Below, in pieces: positions 39,310-50,427 of a DNA stretch of 61,802 bases. The notes beneath the pieces were generated by a model that did no database searches, had not been told where the DNA came from, and saw only the letters and a program-made list of their open reading frames with translations. Origin of the DNA: an uncultured Mycoplasmatota bacterium (GTDB taxonomy: Bacteria; Bacillota_I; Bacilli_A; RF39; UBA660); the NCBI GenBank assembly GCA_900551105.1, contig URUT01000002.1, forward strand, positions 1-61,802, written 5' to 3'. A program made the position numbers and the translations under genes. How positions within the stretch are numbered: position 1 is the first letter of the stretch; each line of letters opens with the position of its first letter.

Positions 39310-40029
39310 ATGAAAAAGAACATTATAGAATTTTTAGAAGAAAGTATTCATGAGAAAAAACTATCTCATGCTTTTTTGATTGAAACAAGTAATTATGAAA
39401 ATCTTGTAGAAAAAATATATGAAACGTTAAAAAAAAATCAAATATTAAATAACGTAAAATTAGAAAATAACAATAATGTTATAGTCATTAAACCAGATAA
39501 TAATATTATTGATAAAACAAAAATACTTGAATTACAAGAAAAATTTTTAACAAAAACGTTTGATGATACCTACAAAGTTTATTTTATAATTAATGCCGAA
39601 AAAATGAATCTCTCATCTAATAATAAACTATTAAAATTCTTAGAAGAACCGGCAGCAAACACATTAGGCTTTCTTTTAACCGAAGATATAGACTTAATCA
39701 TACCGACTATTCGTAGTAGATGTACACTATTTTATTCTCAAAAAGAATATAAAATTAGTGATAACCTAAAAGAAGAAGCTCAAAGAATCCTAGAGATGTA
39801 CAATGCTTCAACTTGTGATATAATGTTACTATTAAAAAAGTTTAAAAGTTATGATCGAAATGATTTAATCGATATAATTAATGAAATTATAAATAACTTG
39901 TATGATTCAAAGCTTGATCAAAAAAAAGTTAATACAATTTTACAATTAAAGAAATGTATTGACATGTTAAATAATCATGTAAATCTAGAATTAATACTAG
40001 ATAAAATATCAATAGAATTGGGGAATTAA
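39310..40029 (+). CDS. holB: DNA polymerase III delta' subunit (short form)
   Basis: 239 aa with 'LSHAFLI', 'KFLEEP' and 'TIRSRC'. It lies upstream of ricT, as in Bacillus. Confidence 0.7.
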   Translation: MKKNIIEFLEESIHEKKLSHAFLIETSNYENLVEKIYETLKKNQILNNVKLENNNNVIVIKPDNNIIDKTKILELQEKFLTKTFDDTYKVYFIINAEKMNLSSNNKLLKFLEEPAANTLGFLLTEDIDLIIPTIRSRCTLFYSQKEYKISDNLKEEAQRILEMYNASTCDIMLLLKKFKSYDRNDLIDIINEIINNLYDSKLDQKKVNTILQLKKCIDMLNNHVNLELILDKISIELGN

Positions 40030-40030
40030 T

Positions 40031-40798
40031 ATGAATATATGCGGTATAGTATTTAAAGATAATGGTAAAGTATATAATTTTGATGCTAAAGATATAAATT
40101 TAAAAATTGGCGACTATGTTATAGTTGAAACTGAAAAAGGAGAACAAATTGGCAAAGTTTTTGACTTTGAAGATAGAAATAAAAAAACCCCTATTAAAGA
40201 AGTAAAAAGAATTGCCACAAAAGCAGATTACAACACATATTTAAAAAATTTAAAAGATGCAAAACAAGCAATAACTGATGCAAGAAAAGAAGCAGAAAAA
40301 CTAAATTTAAAAATGCAACTAATTGACGCAGCATTTACTTTTGATCGAAAACAATTATTAATAAATTTTATAGCAGACGAACGTGTAGATTTCAGAGATT
40401 TAGTAAAAGTGTTAGCCGCAAAATATAAAACTAGAATTGAACTTCATCAAATGGGAGTTAGAGACAAGGCAAAAGAAATTGGCGGTATAGGCATTTGTGG
40501 AAAAAAATTATGTTGTGCACAATATTTAAACAAAATAGATACTATATCTATAAATATGGCCAAAAATCAAAATATTGCTCTAAATCCAGCAAAAATAAAT
40601 GGATGCTGTGGAAGATTATTATGCTGTTTAGCTTATGAAGACGAAGTATATAAAGACCATCGTTCATTATTACCAACAATAGGGCAACAGGTTAAAATTG
40701 AAGATAAAGTTGGTACAGTAATATTTTTAGATGTATTAAATAAAAAGTATAAAGTGAATTTTGGTAACGAAATTAAGGAATACACATTAAATGAATAA
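40031..40798 (+). CDS. ricT: PSP1-domain regulator RicT (YaaT)
   Basis: 255 aa with the Cys-rich 'GICGKKLCCAQYL...CCGRLLCCLAYE' PSP1 signature. Confidence 0.88.
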   Translation: MNICGIVFKDNGKVYNFDAKDINLKIGDYVIVETEKGEQIGKVFDFEDRNKKTPIKEVKRIATKADYNTYLKNLKDAKQAITDARKEAEKLNLKMQLIDAAFTFDRKQLLINFIADERVDFRDLVKVLAAKYKTRIELHQMGVRDKAKEIGGIGICGKKLCCAQYLNKIDTISINMAKNQNIALNPAKINGCCGRLLCCLAYEDEVYKDHRSLLPTIGQQVKIEDKVGTVIFLDVLNKKYKVNFGNEIKEYTLNE

Positions 40799-41465
40799 CT
40801 GCGAATTAAATGACTTATATGATACTGGTTTTAAAATATATCAGTCAAAAGATTATTTTAAATTTTCATTAGATAGTCTTCTACTAGCAAATTTTGTTGA
40901 ATTTAATTTTACAGATAAACTAGTTTTAGATCTATGTACTGGAAATGCTCCTGTACCAATTATATTATCAGAAAATAAAAAAATAAAAATATATGGCTTT
41001 GAATTACAAAAAGAAATATTTGAACTAGCAGTTAAGTCAATAAAAGTTAATCAAATAGATAACGTTGAAATAATTAATGATGATGTAAAAAATTCATTAA
41101 ATTATTTCCCGGGAAATAATTTTGACATAGTAACATGCAATCCACCATATTTTAAATATACCAAAAATTCAATAATAAATGAAAATGAAATAAAATCAAT
41201 AGCGCGTCATGAAATAAAAATTACTTTAGAGGATATAATAAAAATAGCCACAAAACAATTAAAGGCAAAAGGAAAATTTTATATAGTTCATAGATCTGAT
41301 AGATTAATAGAGATAATTAATTATTTAAATAAATACAATTTTGGTATAAAAAAATTGCAGTTTGTTTATTCAAGCATTGATGCTAATAGTTCTATGGTTT
41401 TAATAGAAGCCAAAAAAGATTGCAAAAATGACGTAAAAGTTTTAAAACCAATAATTAAAAAGTAG
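40791..41465 (+). CDS. SAM-dependent N6-adenine methyltransferase (YabB/TrmN6-like tRNA methyltransferase)
   Basis: 224 aa with 'LDLCTGNAPV' and 'CNPPYF'. The position is syntenic with B. subtilis yabB. Confidence 0.7.
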   Translation: MNNCELNDLYDTGFKIYQSKDYFKFSLDSLLLANFVEFNFTDKLVLDLCTGNAPVPIILSENKKIKIYGFELQKEIFELAVKSIKVNQIDNVEIINDDVKNSLNYFPGNNFDIVTCNPPYFKYTKNSIINENEIKSIARHEIKITLEDIIKIATKQLKAKGKFYIVHRSDRLIEIINYLNKYNFGIKKLQFVYSSIDANSSMVLIEAKKDCKNDVKVLKPIIKK

Positions 41466-41474
41466 GTGATGTAA

Positions 41475-42020
41475 ATGAAATTAATTTGTGGACTTGGCAA
41501 TCCAGGAATAAAATATGAAAGAACCAGACACAATATGGGTTTTATAATATTAGATATGTATTTAGGAGAAGTACCTTGGAAAAAACTAAATAACGGTTTA
41601 TATTACAAAACAAAAATAAATGGAGAAGATATTATTTTTTTAAAACCACAAACTTACATGAATCTTTCGGGTCAAGCTGTTAAGTATTATATAGATTATT
41701 ATAAAATTCCAACTGATGAAGTATTAATCATTCATGATGATTTAGATCTGCCACTAGGAGAAACAAAAATAAAATATACTAGCGGTGATGGTGGTCACAA
41801 TGGTATTAAATCAATTATTGAGTCACTAAAAACAAATTCCTTTTTACGATTAAAAATAGGAATATCAAAGCCTGAACAAGATACAATAGATTTTGTGATT
41901 GGCAATTTTAAAAACACAGAATTTGAACAATTAGAATCAAACAAAGAGAAGTATATAAACATAATAAATGATTTTATTGATAATACTTCAAAAGAAAAAC
42001 TTATGAATAAATATAATTAG
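41475..42020 (+). CDS. pth: Peptidyl-tRNA hydrolase
   Basis: 181 aa with 'GLGNPG..Y..TRHN.GF' and 'GGHNGIKSI'. Confidence 0.93.
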   Translation: MKLICGLGNPGIKYERTRHNMGFIILDMYLGEVPWKKLNNGLYYKTKINGEDIIFLKPQTYMNLSGQAVKYYIDYYKIPTDEVLIIHDDLDLPLGETKIKYTSGDGGHNGIKSIIESLKTNSFLRLKIGISKPEQDTIDFVIGNFKNTEFEQLESNKEKYINIINDFIDNTSKEKLMNKYN

Positions 42021-42032
42021 AGATGATAAAAA

Positions 42033-45000
42033 ATGATGCTAAACGAGGAATTAAATAAAATATTAAATGCTCAAAATATTTCAGGCTTAGCAGATGAATT
42101 AAAAACACAATTTATTTTAAAAAAACACTTAGAAGGAACTGGTGATTCACTTGTTCTTACAAATTCGCTGTATGAAGCTACGAGTATCTTTAACGAATTA
42201 AAAGCATATAATAACGATGTTTTTCTTTTTCCAATGGATGAATATTTAACATCTGTTGCCTTAGCCGTATCACCCGAATTAAAAGTAAAAAGATTAGAAA
42301 CACTTAATGAAATCAATTCACAAAAGAAAAAAATGATTGTGACCAATATAATGGGATTTTTAAAATATGTTCCAAACAAAGAAACCATAAAAAAATTAAA
42401 CGTAAAACTAAAAAAAGATGAAACAATTAAAAGAGAAAACTTAGAAAAATTAATATTTGAATTTGGCTATACAAAAAGCTCAATTGTTACATCAACTGGT
42501 GAATACTCATTAAGAGGATATATAATAGACATTTTTCCTTATAATTTTAATAATCCAGTTAGAATAGAACTATTTGGAAATCAAATAGAGCGAATTAGAG
42601 AATTTGATGCTGAAACTCAGCTTTCTAAAAATGACATTGACAGCATAGAAATATTACCATACCAAGAAATAAAATCAAATAATAATATTTCAATAATTGA
42701 TTTACTAAATGACCCAATTTTAATTAAAGTAGATTCGGAATTAATAGATCAAGGAATAAAACAATTGGAAACTCAAATGATGGAATACAAGGAGCAAAAT
42801 CCAGAATACAAAGCCGAATTATTTCATTATGACGATATAAAAACAGTAAAAACATGTAATATTTTTTCATTTAATAAACCAAACGTGCTAAATATTCAAA
42901 GTGAAAATATTGAAAATTTTAGTGGCAATTATGAACTATTAAAAAAATATCTTGAAAAAAATTTGCAACAAAAAAAGCAAATTAGAATTGTTGTGAAGAA
43001 TAAATCATTATATGAATTTTTAAAAGAAACACTTTCAAAATATGTAGATAGTAATCTTACGATAGAAATAGGCTCTTTAAACCATGGCTTTATTTACGGA
43101 AACTTCATCTATCTATCTGAAAATGATATAGAAAAAAATTCAAATATTTCAAAATATACTAACCCAATAAAAATTGGGCGCAAAATTAAAGATTTTAACG
43201 ATATAAAAGTAGGTGATTATGTCGTTCATGCAGTTCATGGCATTGGAATATATGGCGGAATTATAACTCTAGAAAAAAGTGGTATAAAAAAAGATTATAT
43301 TTTAATCAATTATGCTGGTAATGACAAAGTTTACATCCCAGTAGAAAAAATAACCAGTGTATATAAATACTCAGATGCAGAAGGAACCGTACCTAAAATT
43401 AATAAATTAAATTCTGTAAATTGGCAAAAAACTAAAAACTCTATTAGGAAAAAATTAAATGATATATCAGAACAGTTAGTTAAACTATACGCCGAAAGAT
43501 CACTTTTAAAATCTCCTAAATATCAAACATTTCCTGAAGAAATTGTTTTTGCATCAAATTTTGCATACGAAGCCACGAAGGACCAAATTAAATGTTCTGA
43601 AGATATTTTAAATGATTTAAAAAAAGATATTCCAATGGATCGATTACTTTGTGGAGATGTAGGATTCGGTAAAACAGAAGTAGCATTTAGGGCAATCTTT
43701 AACACTGTCATGAATGGTTATCAAGTTGCATATTTATGTCCAACAACCATTTTAGCAAAACAACAATACGAAAGTGCTTTATCAAGATTTAAGGAATTTC
43801 CTATAAATATAAGATTAATAAACAGATTTACTACACCTAAAAATTTTAAAAATACCTGTGAGGATCTTGCTAATGGTAAAATTGATATTATATTTGGCAC
43901 TCATAAGTTATTTAACTCTAAAGTTGAATATAAAAATTTAGGATTATTAATAATTGACGAAGAACAAAGATTTGGTGTAGCTCAAAAAGAAAAACTAAAA
44001 GAACTAAAAAAGAATGTTAATATTTTAACTTTATCCGCAACACCGATTCCCCGAACATTAAAAATGGCTATGTCCGGAATAAAGGACTTATCTATTTTAG
44101 ATACTGCTCCTCAAGATAGATATCCTGTACAAACATATGTAGTAGAGGAAAATGATTTATTAATCAAAGATGCTATTTATAAAGAATTATCAAGAAAAGG
44201 ACAAGTTTTTTATTTATATAATAATGTTAAAAACATAGAAAGTGAAACTCAAAAAATTAAAAAACTAGTGCCAGAAGCAAGGGTTTGCTATGCTCATGGG
44301 CAATTAACAAAACACGAGAGTGAAAGTATCATAGAATCGTTCATTAATAATGAATATGACGTATTAGTATGTACAACAATCATAGAAACAGGAATTGATA
44401 TTCCAAATGTTAACACATTGATTATCTCAAATGCTCAAAACTATGGCTTAAGCCAGCTATATCAATTAAGGGGCCGAGTAGGTAGAAGTAATAAAATCGC
44501 CTATGCTTATTTAACATATAATAAAGGTAAAACTTTAACAGAAACGGCAATTAAAAGACTTAAATCAATTAAAGAATTTACTGAACTAGGAAGTGGATAC
44601 AAAATAGCCATGAGAGATTTATCAATTAGAGGTGCTGGAGATATCTTAGGTGGCGAGCAAGCAGGTTTTATAGACAGCGTTGGAATTGAATTATACACAA
44701 AAATGCTAGAAGAAGCAATTAGAAATATTAAAGGCTTACCTAGTGAAGAAGAACCCGATGACAAACCATCACTAATAAATGTAAATACACATATAAAAAC
44801 AAACTATGTTGAAGAAGAAAGTGTAAGGATTGAAATTCACAAACTAATAAATACTATTGAAAATAAGAAAACTTTAGAACAAGTAAAAAATGAATTGGAA
44901 GACAGATTCGGTAAAATTGATGAAGACCTAGAAATCTATATGTATGAGGAATGGTTTGAAAAACTAGCAGAAAAATTAAAGATTAAACAAGTTACAGAAA

Positions 45001-45215
45001 ATCATAATCATATTGAGATTTATATTCCTGAAGAATTTTCATCAAAAATAAATGGCGAAAAATTATTCTTAAAAATGTACAATATTAATCCGAAATTTAA
45101 AATTAGATACTTTTCTAAAAGAATCATAATATCCTTACCAACAACAAACCTAGAAAAACACTATATATATTACCTTACCGAATTATTGCAAGAAATTATA
45201 AATGATATTTCTTAG
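42033..45215 (+). CDS. mfd: Transcription-repair coupling factor
   Basis: 1060 aa with a CarD-like RID ('VGDYVVHAVHGIG') and SF2 motifs 'GDVGFGKTE', 'DEEQRFG' and 'QLRGRVGR'. Confidence 0.95.
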   Translation: MMLNEELNKILNAQNISGLADELKTQFILKKHLEGTGDSLVLTNSLYEATSIFNELKAYNNDVFLFPMDEYLTSVALAVSPELKVKRLETLNEINSQKKKMIVTNIMGFLKYVPNKETIKKLNVKLKKDETIKRENLEKLIFEFGYTKSSIVTSTGEYSLRGYIIDIFPYNFNNPVRIELFGNQIERIREFDAETQLSKNDIDSIEILPYQEIKSNNNISIIDLLNDPILIKVDSELIDQGIKQLETQMMEYKEQNPEYKAELFHYDDIKTVKTCNIFSFNKPNVLNIQSENIENFSGNYELLKKYLEKNLQQKKQIRIVVKNKSLYEFLKETLSKYVDSNLTIEIGSLNHGFIYGNFIYLSENDIEKNSNISKYTNPIKIGRKIKDFNDIKVGDYVVHAVHGIGIYGGIITLEKSGIKKDYILINYAGNDKVYIPVEKITSVYKYSDAEGTVPKINKLNSVNWQKTKNSIRKKLNDISEQLVKLYAERSLLKSPKYQTFPEEIVFASNFAYEATKDQIKCSEDILNDLKKDIPMDRLLCGDVGFGKTEVAFRAIFNTVMNGYQVAYLCPTTILAKQQYESALSRFKEFPINIRLINRFTTPKNFKNTCEDLANGKIDIIFGTHKLFNSKVEYKNLGLLIIDEEQRFGVAQKEKLKELKKNVNILTLSATPIPRTLKMAMSGIKDLSILDTAPQDRYPVQTYVVEENDLLIKDAIYKELSRKGQVFYLYNNVKNIESETQKIKKLVPEARVCYAHGQLTKHESESIIESFINNEYDVLVCTTIIETGIDIPNVNTLIISNAQNYGLSQLYQLRGRVGRSNKIAYAYLTYNKGKTLTETAIKRLKSIKEFTELGSGYKIAMRDLSIRGAGDILGGEQAGFIDSVGIELYTKMLEEAIRNIKGLPSEEEPDDKPSLINVNTHIKTNYVEEESVRIEIHKLINTIENKKTLEQVKNELEDRFGKIDEDLEIYMYEEWFEKLAEKLKIKQVTENHNHIEIYIPEEFSSKINGEKLFLKMYNINPKFKIRYFSKRIIISLPTTNLEKHYIYYLTELLQEIINDIS

Positions 45216-45258
45216 TATATAATTAAAGTTTTAACGCAAAATATAATAGTGATGAAGT

Positions 45259-45675
45259 TTGAAAGAACAAGGATTTATAAGAAAAATAGATGAATTGGGA
45301 AGAGTAGTAATTCCTAAGGAAATAAGAAATCAACTCAAAATAAAAGATAACGAAAATATCCACATTGAGTTAATTAAAGAAAACGTCATAATAAAAAAAT
45401 ATTCCTACTTAATTAACTATAATAATTATTTAGAAAGCTTAGCAAATACATTTTATGAAGTATATAAAATACCAATCAAAATAAAAGATAATGATAACTT
45501 AGTAATATCAGTTGGGAGCATTAACGATAAACTAAATATAACAGAGCCAATCTATAACAATTCCGTTCAAATCGGAACTCTTAGCTTATATGCAGAAAAT
45601 AATGAACATCAAAGTACTCAAAATTTATGTAAACTTTTATCAAAAATAATAAGTATCTATTTAAATAATAGTTGA
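45259..45675 (+). CDS. spoVT: AbrB/SpoVT-family transition regulator, SpoVT-like (short C-domain)
   Basis: 138 aa with a TTG start. 'GFIRKIDELGRVVIPKEIRNQLKIKDNENI' matches the SpoVT/AbrB swapped-hairpin domain. It lies immediately after mfd, as in B. subtilis. Confidence 0.75.
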   Translation: MKEQGFIRKIDELGRVVIPKEIRNQLKIKDNENIHIELIKENVIIKKYSYLINYNNYLESLANTFYEVYKIPIKIKDNDNLVISVGSINDKLNITEPIYNNSVQIGTLSLYAENNEHQSTQNLCKLLSKIISIYLNNS

Positions 45676-45704
45676 TTTTATAAAAAAACTATGATAAATT
45701 ACAC

Positions 45705-45900
45705 TTATTAAACGAAGAAGGAAAGAGTAGTATACAAAAATTAACAGAGAGTTCTTGGATGGTGAAAAAGAATTAATAGTTGTATATGAACATGAGTCCG
45801 GAGTTTAAACGTTAATCGCGTTAAGATATGAGTGCATGATTAATCATGAATTAAGGTGGTACCGCGGGAAAATATCTCGTCCTTAATTTATGATTTTTTT
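45705..45900 (+). promoter_or_regulatory. T-box leader (Met specifier) controlling metG
   Basis: Stem I elements AGAGA/GGTGA are present, with ATG (45786-45788) followed by A in the specifier position. The T-box core AAGGTGGTACCGCG lies at 45853-45866. A terminator helix AATTAAGG...CCTTAATT (45849-45888) is followed by a T-run. The upstream promoter reads TTGATT, 17 nt, TGaTAAATT. Confidence 0.85.
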
Positions 45901-45933
45901 CTTTGCATAAAATTATAGAAGGAAGGAATATTT

Positions 45934-47463
45934 ATGGAAAAATTTTATTTAACAACAGCAATTGCTTACACTTCTGCTAAGCCACATCTTGGAAACACCT
46001 ACGAGATTGTTTTAGCTGATGCGATAGCAAGATTTAAAAGATTAGAAGGATACGATGTATATTTTCAAACTGGAACAGATGAACATGGTGAAAAAATTGA
46101 ATTAAAAGCCAAAGAAGCTGGAATAGAACCACAAAAATATGTAGACAATATCGCCGACGAAATCAAAAAGATTTGGGACTGCGTAAATACAAGTTATAAT
46201 AAATTTGTAAGAACATCAGATCCTCATCACAAAGAAATTGTAGCAAAAATATTTAAGAAATTTTATGAACAAGGGGATATATACAAAGGAAATTATTCTG
46301 GACTTTACTGTACCCCATGTGAGTCATTTTGGACCGAATCTCAATTAGTAGACGGAAAATGTCCAGACTGTGGTCGTGAAGTACACGAGAAAAACGAAGA
46401 AGCTTATTTCTTCAAAATGAGTAAATACGCCAGTTGGTTAGAAGACTACATTAATAATCATCCACATTTTATAGAACCAGAAGCAAGAAAAAATGAAATA
46501 ATTAACAATTTTATCAAACCTGGGTTACAAGATTTATGTGTATCAAGAACAAGTTTTAAATGGGGAATTCCCGTTGATTTTGACCCAAATCATGTAGTTT
46601 ATGTTTGGATAGATGCATTATCAAACTATATAACATTCATAGGGTATAACCCTGACGGTGAATCATCACCAGAATTTTACAAGTACTGGCCAGCAAATAT
46701 TCACATAATAGGAAAAGATATTTTAAGATTTCACACAATATACTGGCCAATTATGCTCCATTGCTTAGGTCTAGAACTTCCTCATCAAGTATTTGGTCAT
46801 CCATGGCTATTATTCGCATCAGATAAAATGAGTAAAAGTAAAGGAAACATTGTCTATGCTGATGACTTAGTAAACAAATATGGTGTAGACGCAGTTAGAT
46901 ACTACTTACTACATGAAATCCCTTTTGCTAGTGATGGTAACTTCACAATGGAACTTTTAGAAAACTGCATCAATAGTGATCTTGCTAACGTTCTAGGAAA
47001 CCTTGTAAATCGTACCATAGGTATGGCTAAAAAATATTTTGATGGCCACATAGAAAATAAAAATGTTAACGAAGGAGTTGACGAAGACCTAAAGAAAAAA
47101 GTTTTAGACTCAGTAAATTTAGTAAAAAATAAAATGAATGAATTAAAAGTAGCAGATGCTCTAGAAGAAATATTTAACGCATACAGAAGATGTAATAAAT
47201 ATATAGATGAAACCACACCATGGTTACTAGCAAAAGAAGAAACTAAAAAAGATAGACTAGCAACTGTTCTATACAATCTTATAGAAAGTATCAGAATAGA
47301 AACCGTACTTTTACAAGCATTTATACCACAAACAGCGGAGAAAATATTTAGTCAAATTAATACTACAAAAACATCATTCGATACAATTTCTGCATTTGGA
47401 CAATATGACAGTGAAAGAGTAAATGAAGCAGAGGTTTTATTTCAAAGGATAGAAAATGAATAA
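45934..47463 (+). CDS. metG: Methionine--tRNA ligase (short form, no C-terminal tRNA-binding domain)
   Basis: 509 aa with 'PHLGNTYE' (HIGH), the zinc knuckle 'CTPCESF...CPDCG' and 'KMSKSKGN'. Confidence 0.95.
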   Translation: MEKFYLTTAIAYTSAKPHLGNTYEIVLADAIARFKRLEGYDVYFQTGTDEHGEKIELKAKEAGIEPQKYVDNIADEIKKIWDCVNTSYNKFVRTSDPHHKEIVAKIFKKFYEQGDIYKGNYSGLYCTPCESFWTESQLVDGKCPDCGREVHEKNEEAYFFKMSKYASWLEDYINNHPHFIEPEARKNEIINNFIKPGLQDLCVSRTSFKWGIPVDFDPNHVVYVWIDALSNYITFIGYNPDGESSPEFYKYWPANIHIIGKDILRFHTIYWPIMLHCLGLELPHQVFGHPWLLFASDKMSKSKGNIVYADDLVNKYGVDAVRYYLLHEIPFASDGNFTMELLENCINSDLANVLGNLVNRTIGMAKKYFDGHIENKNVNEGVDEDLKKKVLDSVNLVKNKMNELKVADALEEIFNAYRRCNKYIDETTPWLLAKEETKKDRLATVLYNLIESIRIETVLLQAFIPQTAEKIFSQINTTKTSFDTISAFGQYDSERVNEAEVLFQRIENE

Positions 47464-48217
47464 TTGGACAGATACTCATTGTCACGTTCTTCCAGAAGAG
47501 TACCAAAATTATAATAAAATCTTAAAAGCCTTAGAAAAGAATAATTTAAAAAGAATAATTGTAAATGGGTATGATTTAGAATCAAACAAAAACGTTTTAA
47601 AACTAGTAGACCAATATCCAAATGTTTATGGAGCACTGGGATTGCATCCTGATAATATTGATGATAATTACGAAAAAACAATAGGATTTATTAAAAAAAA
47701 TATAAATCATCCGAAAATAATTGCCGTAGGAGAAATCGGGTTAGACTACTATCACAACAAAGAAAATAAAGAAAAACAAATAATGTTGTTAAAACAGATG
47801 CTTCAAATAGCACAAGATAACCAAAAACCAGCAATTATCCACAATAGAGAAGCAACTAAAGATTTAATAGATACATTAAAAGAATTTTCCACAAAAGGCA
47901 TTATTCATTGTTTTAGTGGCAGTAAAGAAACTGCAAATATTTTACTATCAATGGGTTATAAACTAGGAATTGGGGGAACTTTAACTTTCAAAAATTCTAA
48001 ACTTAAAGAAGAAATTAAAGACTTACCAATAAGTTCGTTTTTGCTAGAAACAGATGCACCTTACCTTACACCAGAGCCCTACCGCGGACAAGAAAATGAA
48101 CCTAAGTATATTAAATACACCGCAATTAAATTAGCTGAAGTATTAAATTTATCACTTGAAGAACTTGAAGCAGAATTAGAAAAAAACTACACATCACTTT
48201 TTGACAATAATAATTGA
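47456..48217 (+). CDS. tatD: TatD-family metal-dependent hydrolase
   Basis: 253 aa with 'DTHCH', 'GEIGLDY', 'IIHNREA' and 'ETDAPYL'. Confidence 0.9.
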   Translation: MNNWTDTHCHVLPEEYQNYNKILKALEKNNLKRIIVNGYDLESNKNVLKLVDQYPNVYGALGLHPDNIDDNYEKTIGFIKKNINHPKIIAVGEIGLDYYHNKENKEKQIMLLKQMLQIAQDNQKPAIIHNREATKDLIDTLKEFSTKGIIHCFSGSKETANILLSMGYKLGIGGTLTFKNSKLKEEIKDLPISSFLLETDAPYLTPEPYRGQENEPKYIKYTAIKLAEVLNLSLEELEAELEKNYTSLFDNNN

Positions 48218-48246
48218 ATATGATAAACTAACATTAGGGTGAAAGA

Positions 48247-48768
48247 ATGAAAAAATTATATCGCTTAATTCAAGTTGCACTAATTCTAATTGTTTCGTTA
48301 ATAAGTACCCAAGTAAGTATTACAAAACAAGAGGCAAAAACCTCAAATAATAATTTAAATAAAACATTAGATTTACATGCAATGGCGTTAAAAATAGATG
48401 AAATAAATAGACAGGATTTATATTATCCTTTAGACGTTTATAATGGTGTATTAACTGGTTATGCAGCTAATTGCCCATTATGTGGAGGAACTTTAGGCTG
48501 TACTGGTCAAAATGTCCTTGATGGAACAACCAGAATAGATGATAAAGATTATGGAACAGTTAGAATTGTTGCTTCATCAACTAGTCTGCCATGTGGATCA
48601 ATCGTAGAATTTAAATTAAATAACGAAGATATAACTGCGATAGTACTAGATAGAGGGGTTACTGGCACGGCATTAGACTTGTTAGTTGAAAACGAAGAAA
48701 TAGCCCTAACTACAATAGGAAGAAGAAATATTTCTTACAACATACTAAGATTTGGTTATAATAGATAA
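48247..48768 (+). CDS. Secreted 3D-domain (RlpA-like barrel) protein
   Basis: 173 aa with a signal peptide, 'LTGYAANCPLCGG...GCTG' and 'VLDRGVTGTALDLL'. It sits where yabE lies in Bacillus. Confidence 0.65.
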   Translation: MKKLYRLIQVALILIVSLISTQVSITKQEAKTSNNNLNKTLDLHAMALKIDEINRQDLYYPLDVYNGVLTGYAANCPLCGGTLGCTGQNVLDGTTRIDDKDYGTVRIVASSTSLPCGSIVEFKLNNEDITAIVLDRGVTGTALDLLVENEEIALTTIGRRNISYNILRFGYNR

Positions 48769-48829
48769 AAAGTCATCTTGACTTTTTTATTTTAATTAAA
48801 AATATGATATGATATGAACGAGGTTATTT

Positions 48830-49606
48830 ATGGAAAAAATTAAATATAAAAAAAAATACGGGCAAAATTTTTTATACGATGAAAACATCTTAACAAAAAT
48901 TAAAAAATCTGCAGACATAACTGATAAAGATTTGATAATTGAGATTGGTCCAGGCAGTGGCAATCTAACAAAAAAATTAAAAGAATACAACTGTGAAATT
49001 CTTGCAATAGAAATAGATCGGTCTTTAAAAGAAAAATTAGACCAAATAACTAATGAGAAAACAAAAATTATCTACGAAGACTTTTTAAATTTAAACTTAA
49101 ATGAAATACTTGGTGGTTATTCTTACCGAAACCTTTACATCATTGCAAACATCCCATACTATATAACAACACCAATTATTACAAAAATAATAGATTCAAA
49201 TATAGACATAAAAGCAATAATTTTAATGGTACAAAAAGAAGTTGCAAATAGACTATCCGCAAAACCAAAAACAAAAGACTATGGATATTTTACTGTATAC
49301 ATTAATAGTTACTATAATGTAGAAAAACTATTTGATGTTAGTAAAGAATGCTTTTATCCAGTCCCTAAAGTAGATAGCAGCATTATCAAATTATCACCAG
49401 CAAAAGTAGAAATAACTGACAAAGATAAATTTAATAATCTTATTAAAGCCAGTTTCCTATATAAGAGAAAAACTCTAAAAAACAATTTAAAAAATTATAA
49501 CTTATCTGCAATTGAGCAGGTTTTAAAGAAGCATAACCTAAGCTTATCTAATCGCGCCGAAGATATTCCACTAGCTGTATTTTTAGAAATTTCTAAAGTA
49601 ATTTAG
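48830..49606 (+). CDS. rsmA: 16S rRNA (adenine1518/1519-N6)-dimethyltransferase
   Basis: 258 aa with 'KKKYGQNFL', 'EIGPGSGNLT' and 'ANIPYYITTPI'. Confidence 0.93.
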   Translation: MEKIKYKKKYGQNFLYDENILTKIKKSADITDKDLIIEIGPGSGNLTKKLKEYNCEILAIEIDRSLKEKLDQITNEKTKIIYEDFLNLNLNEILGGYSYRNLYIIANIPYYITTPIITKIIDSNIDIKAIILMVQKEVANRLSAKPKTKDYGYFTVYINSYYNVEKLFDVSKECFYPVPKVDSSIIKLSPAKVEITDKDKFNNLIKASFLYKRKTLKNNLKNYNLSAIEQVLKKHNLSLSNRAEDIPLAVFLEISKVI

Positions 49607-49653
49607 AATTTTTTTTTAATTCTAAACATAAAATTTTTTAGAGGTGAGCCAAA

Positions 49654-50427
49654 ATGAAGTTTCAAAAAGGCGACTACGTCACACGAAACAGTTATAACAA
49701 CGATACCGTTTTTAAGATTATAAATATCAAAGAAAATATTTGCTATTTAAAAGGAAAAAATGTAAGATTATATGCTGACAGTGATATTTTAGATTTAGCA
49801 CCTGCAAAAATTTCAAGTGAAGATAATTTTGAAGATAGTATTGATGATCTAGAAATTTTAGACAGAAGCAGTTATTTCTACATGCCACCCAAAATAATGC
49901 AGTTAGATGGTGATAAAGAATATCTTACAAGGTGCCTAAATTTTTATAAAAAATATAATTTATTTGCTATCGGTAAGGTCGTCAAAGAAGAAGAATTAGG
50001 TAAAAAAATAGAAAACTATCTAAGTACATATAATCCGGACATTTTAATAATTACTGGTCATGATGCCTTCTATTCAAAAAAGGGTAATAAAAACAATATT
50101 AATAATTACCGAAATTCAAAATATTTTTGTGAAGCGGTAAAGAAAGCTAGACAATATGAAAAAAACAACGAAAAATTAATAATTATCGCTGGCGCTTGTC
50201 AAAGTGACTATGAAGAGTTATTAAAATGTGGTGCTAATTTTGCATCAAGTCCTAAACGTATTAACATACATGCCCTAGATCCAGCAATCATCGCAACAAC
50301 CATCGCACTTACTGAAAAAGGCAAAAGCATTGACCTTATTGAAACTTTAAACAAAACAAAATATGGTTCAAATGGGATAGGAGGAATTAAGTGTAATGGA
50401 CTTATGTATGTGGGGTATCCTAGATGA
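49654..50427 (+). CDS. yabG: Sporulation peptidase YabG
   Basis: 257 aa with 'GDYVTRNSYNNDTVFKI', 'ITGHDA' and 'GACQS'. It lies between rsmA and veg, as in B. subtilis. Confidence 0.85.
   Translation: MKFQKGDYVTRNSYNNDTVFKIINIKENICYLKGKNVRLYADSDILDLAPAKISSEDNFEDSIDDLEILDRSSYFYMPPKIMQLDGDKEYLTRCLNFYKKYNLFAIGKVVKEEELGKKIENYLSTYNPDILIITGHDAFYSKKGNKNNINNYRNSKYFCEAVKKARQYEKNNEKLIIIAGACQSDYEELLKCGANFASSPKRINIHALDPAIIATTIALTEKGKSIDLIETLNKTKYGSNGIGGIKCNGLMYVGYPR

Noticed and set aside
47835-47843. Perfect TTATCCACA inside tatD.
   Set aside because: It is a single box inside a coding region, far from any cluster, and is most simply explained by chance.
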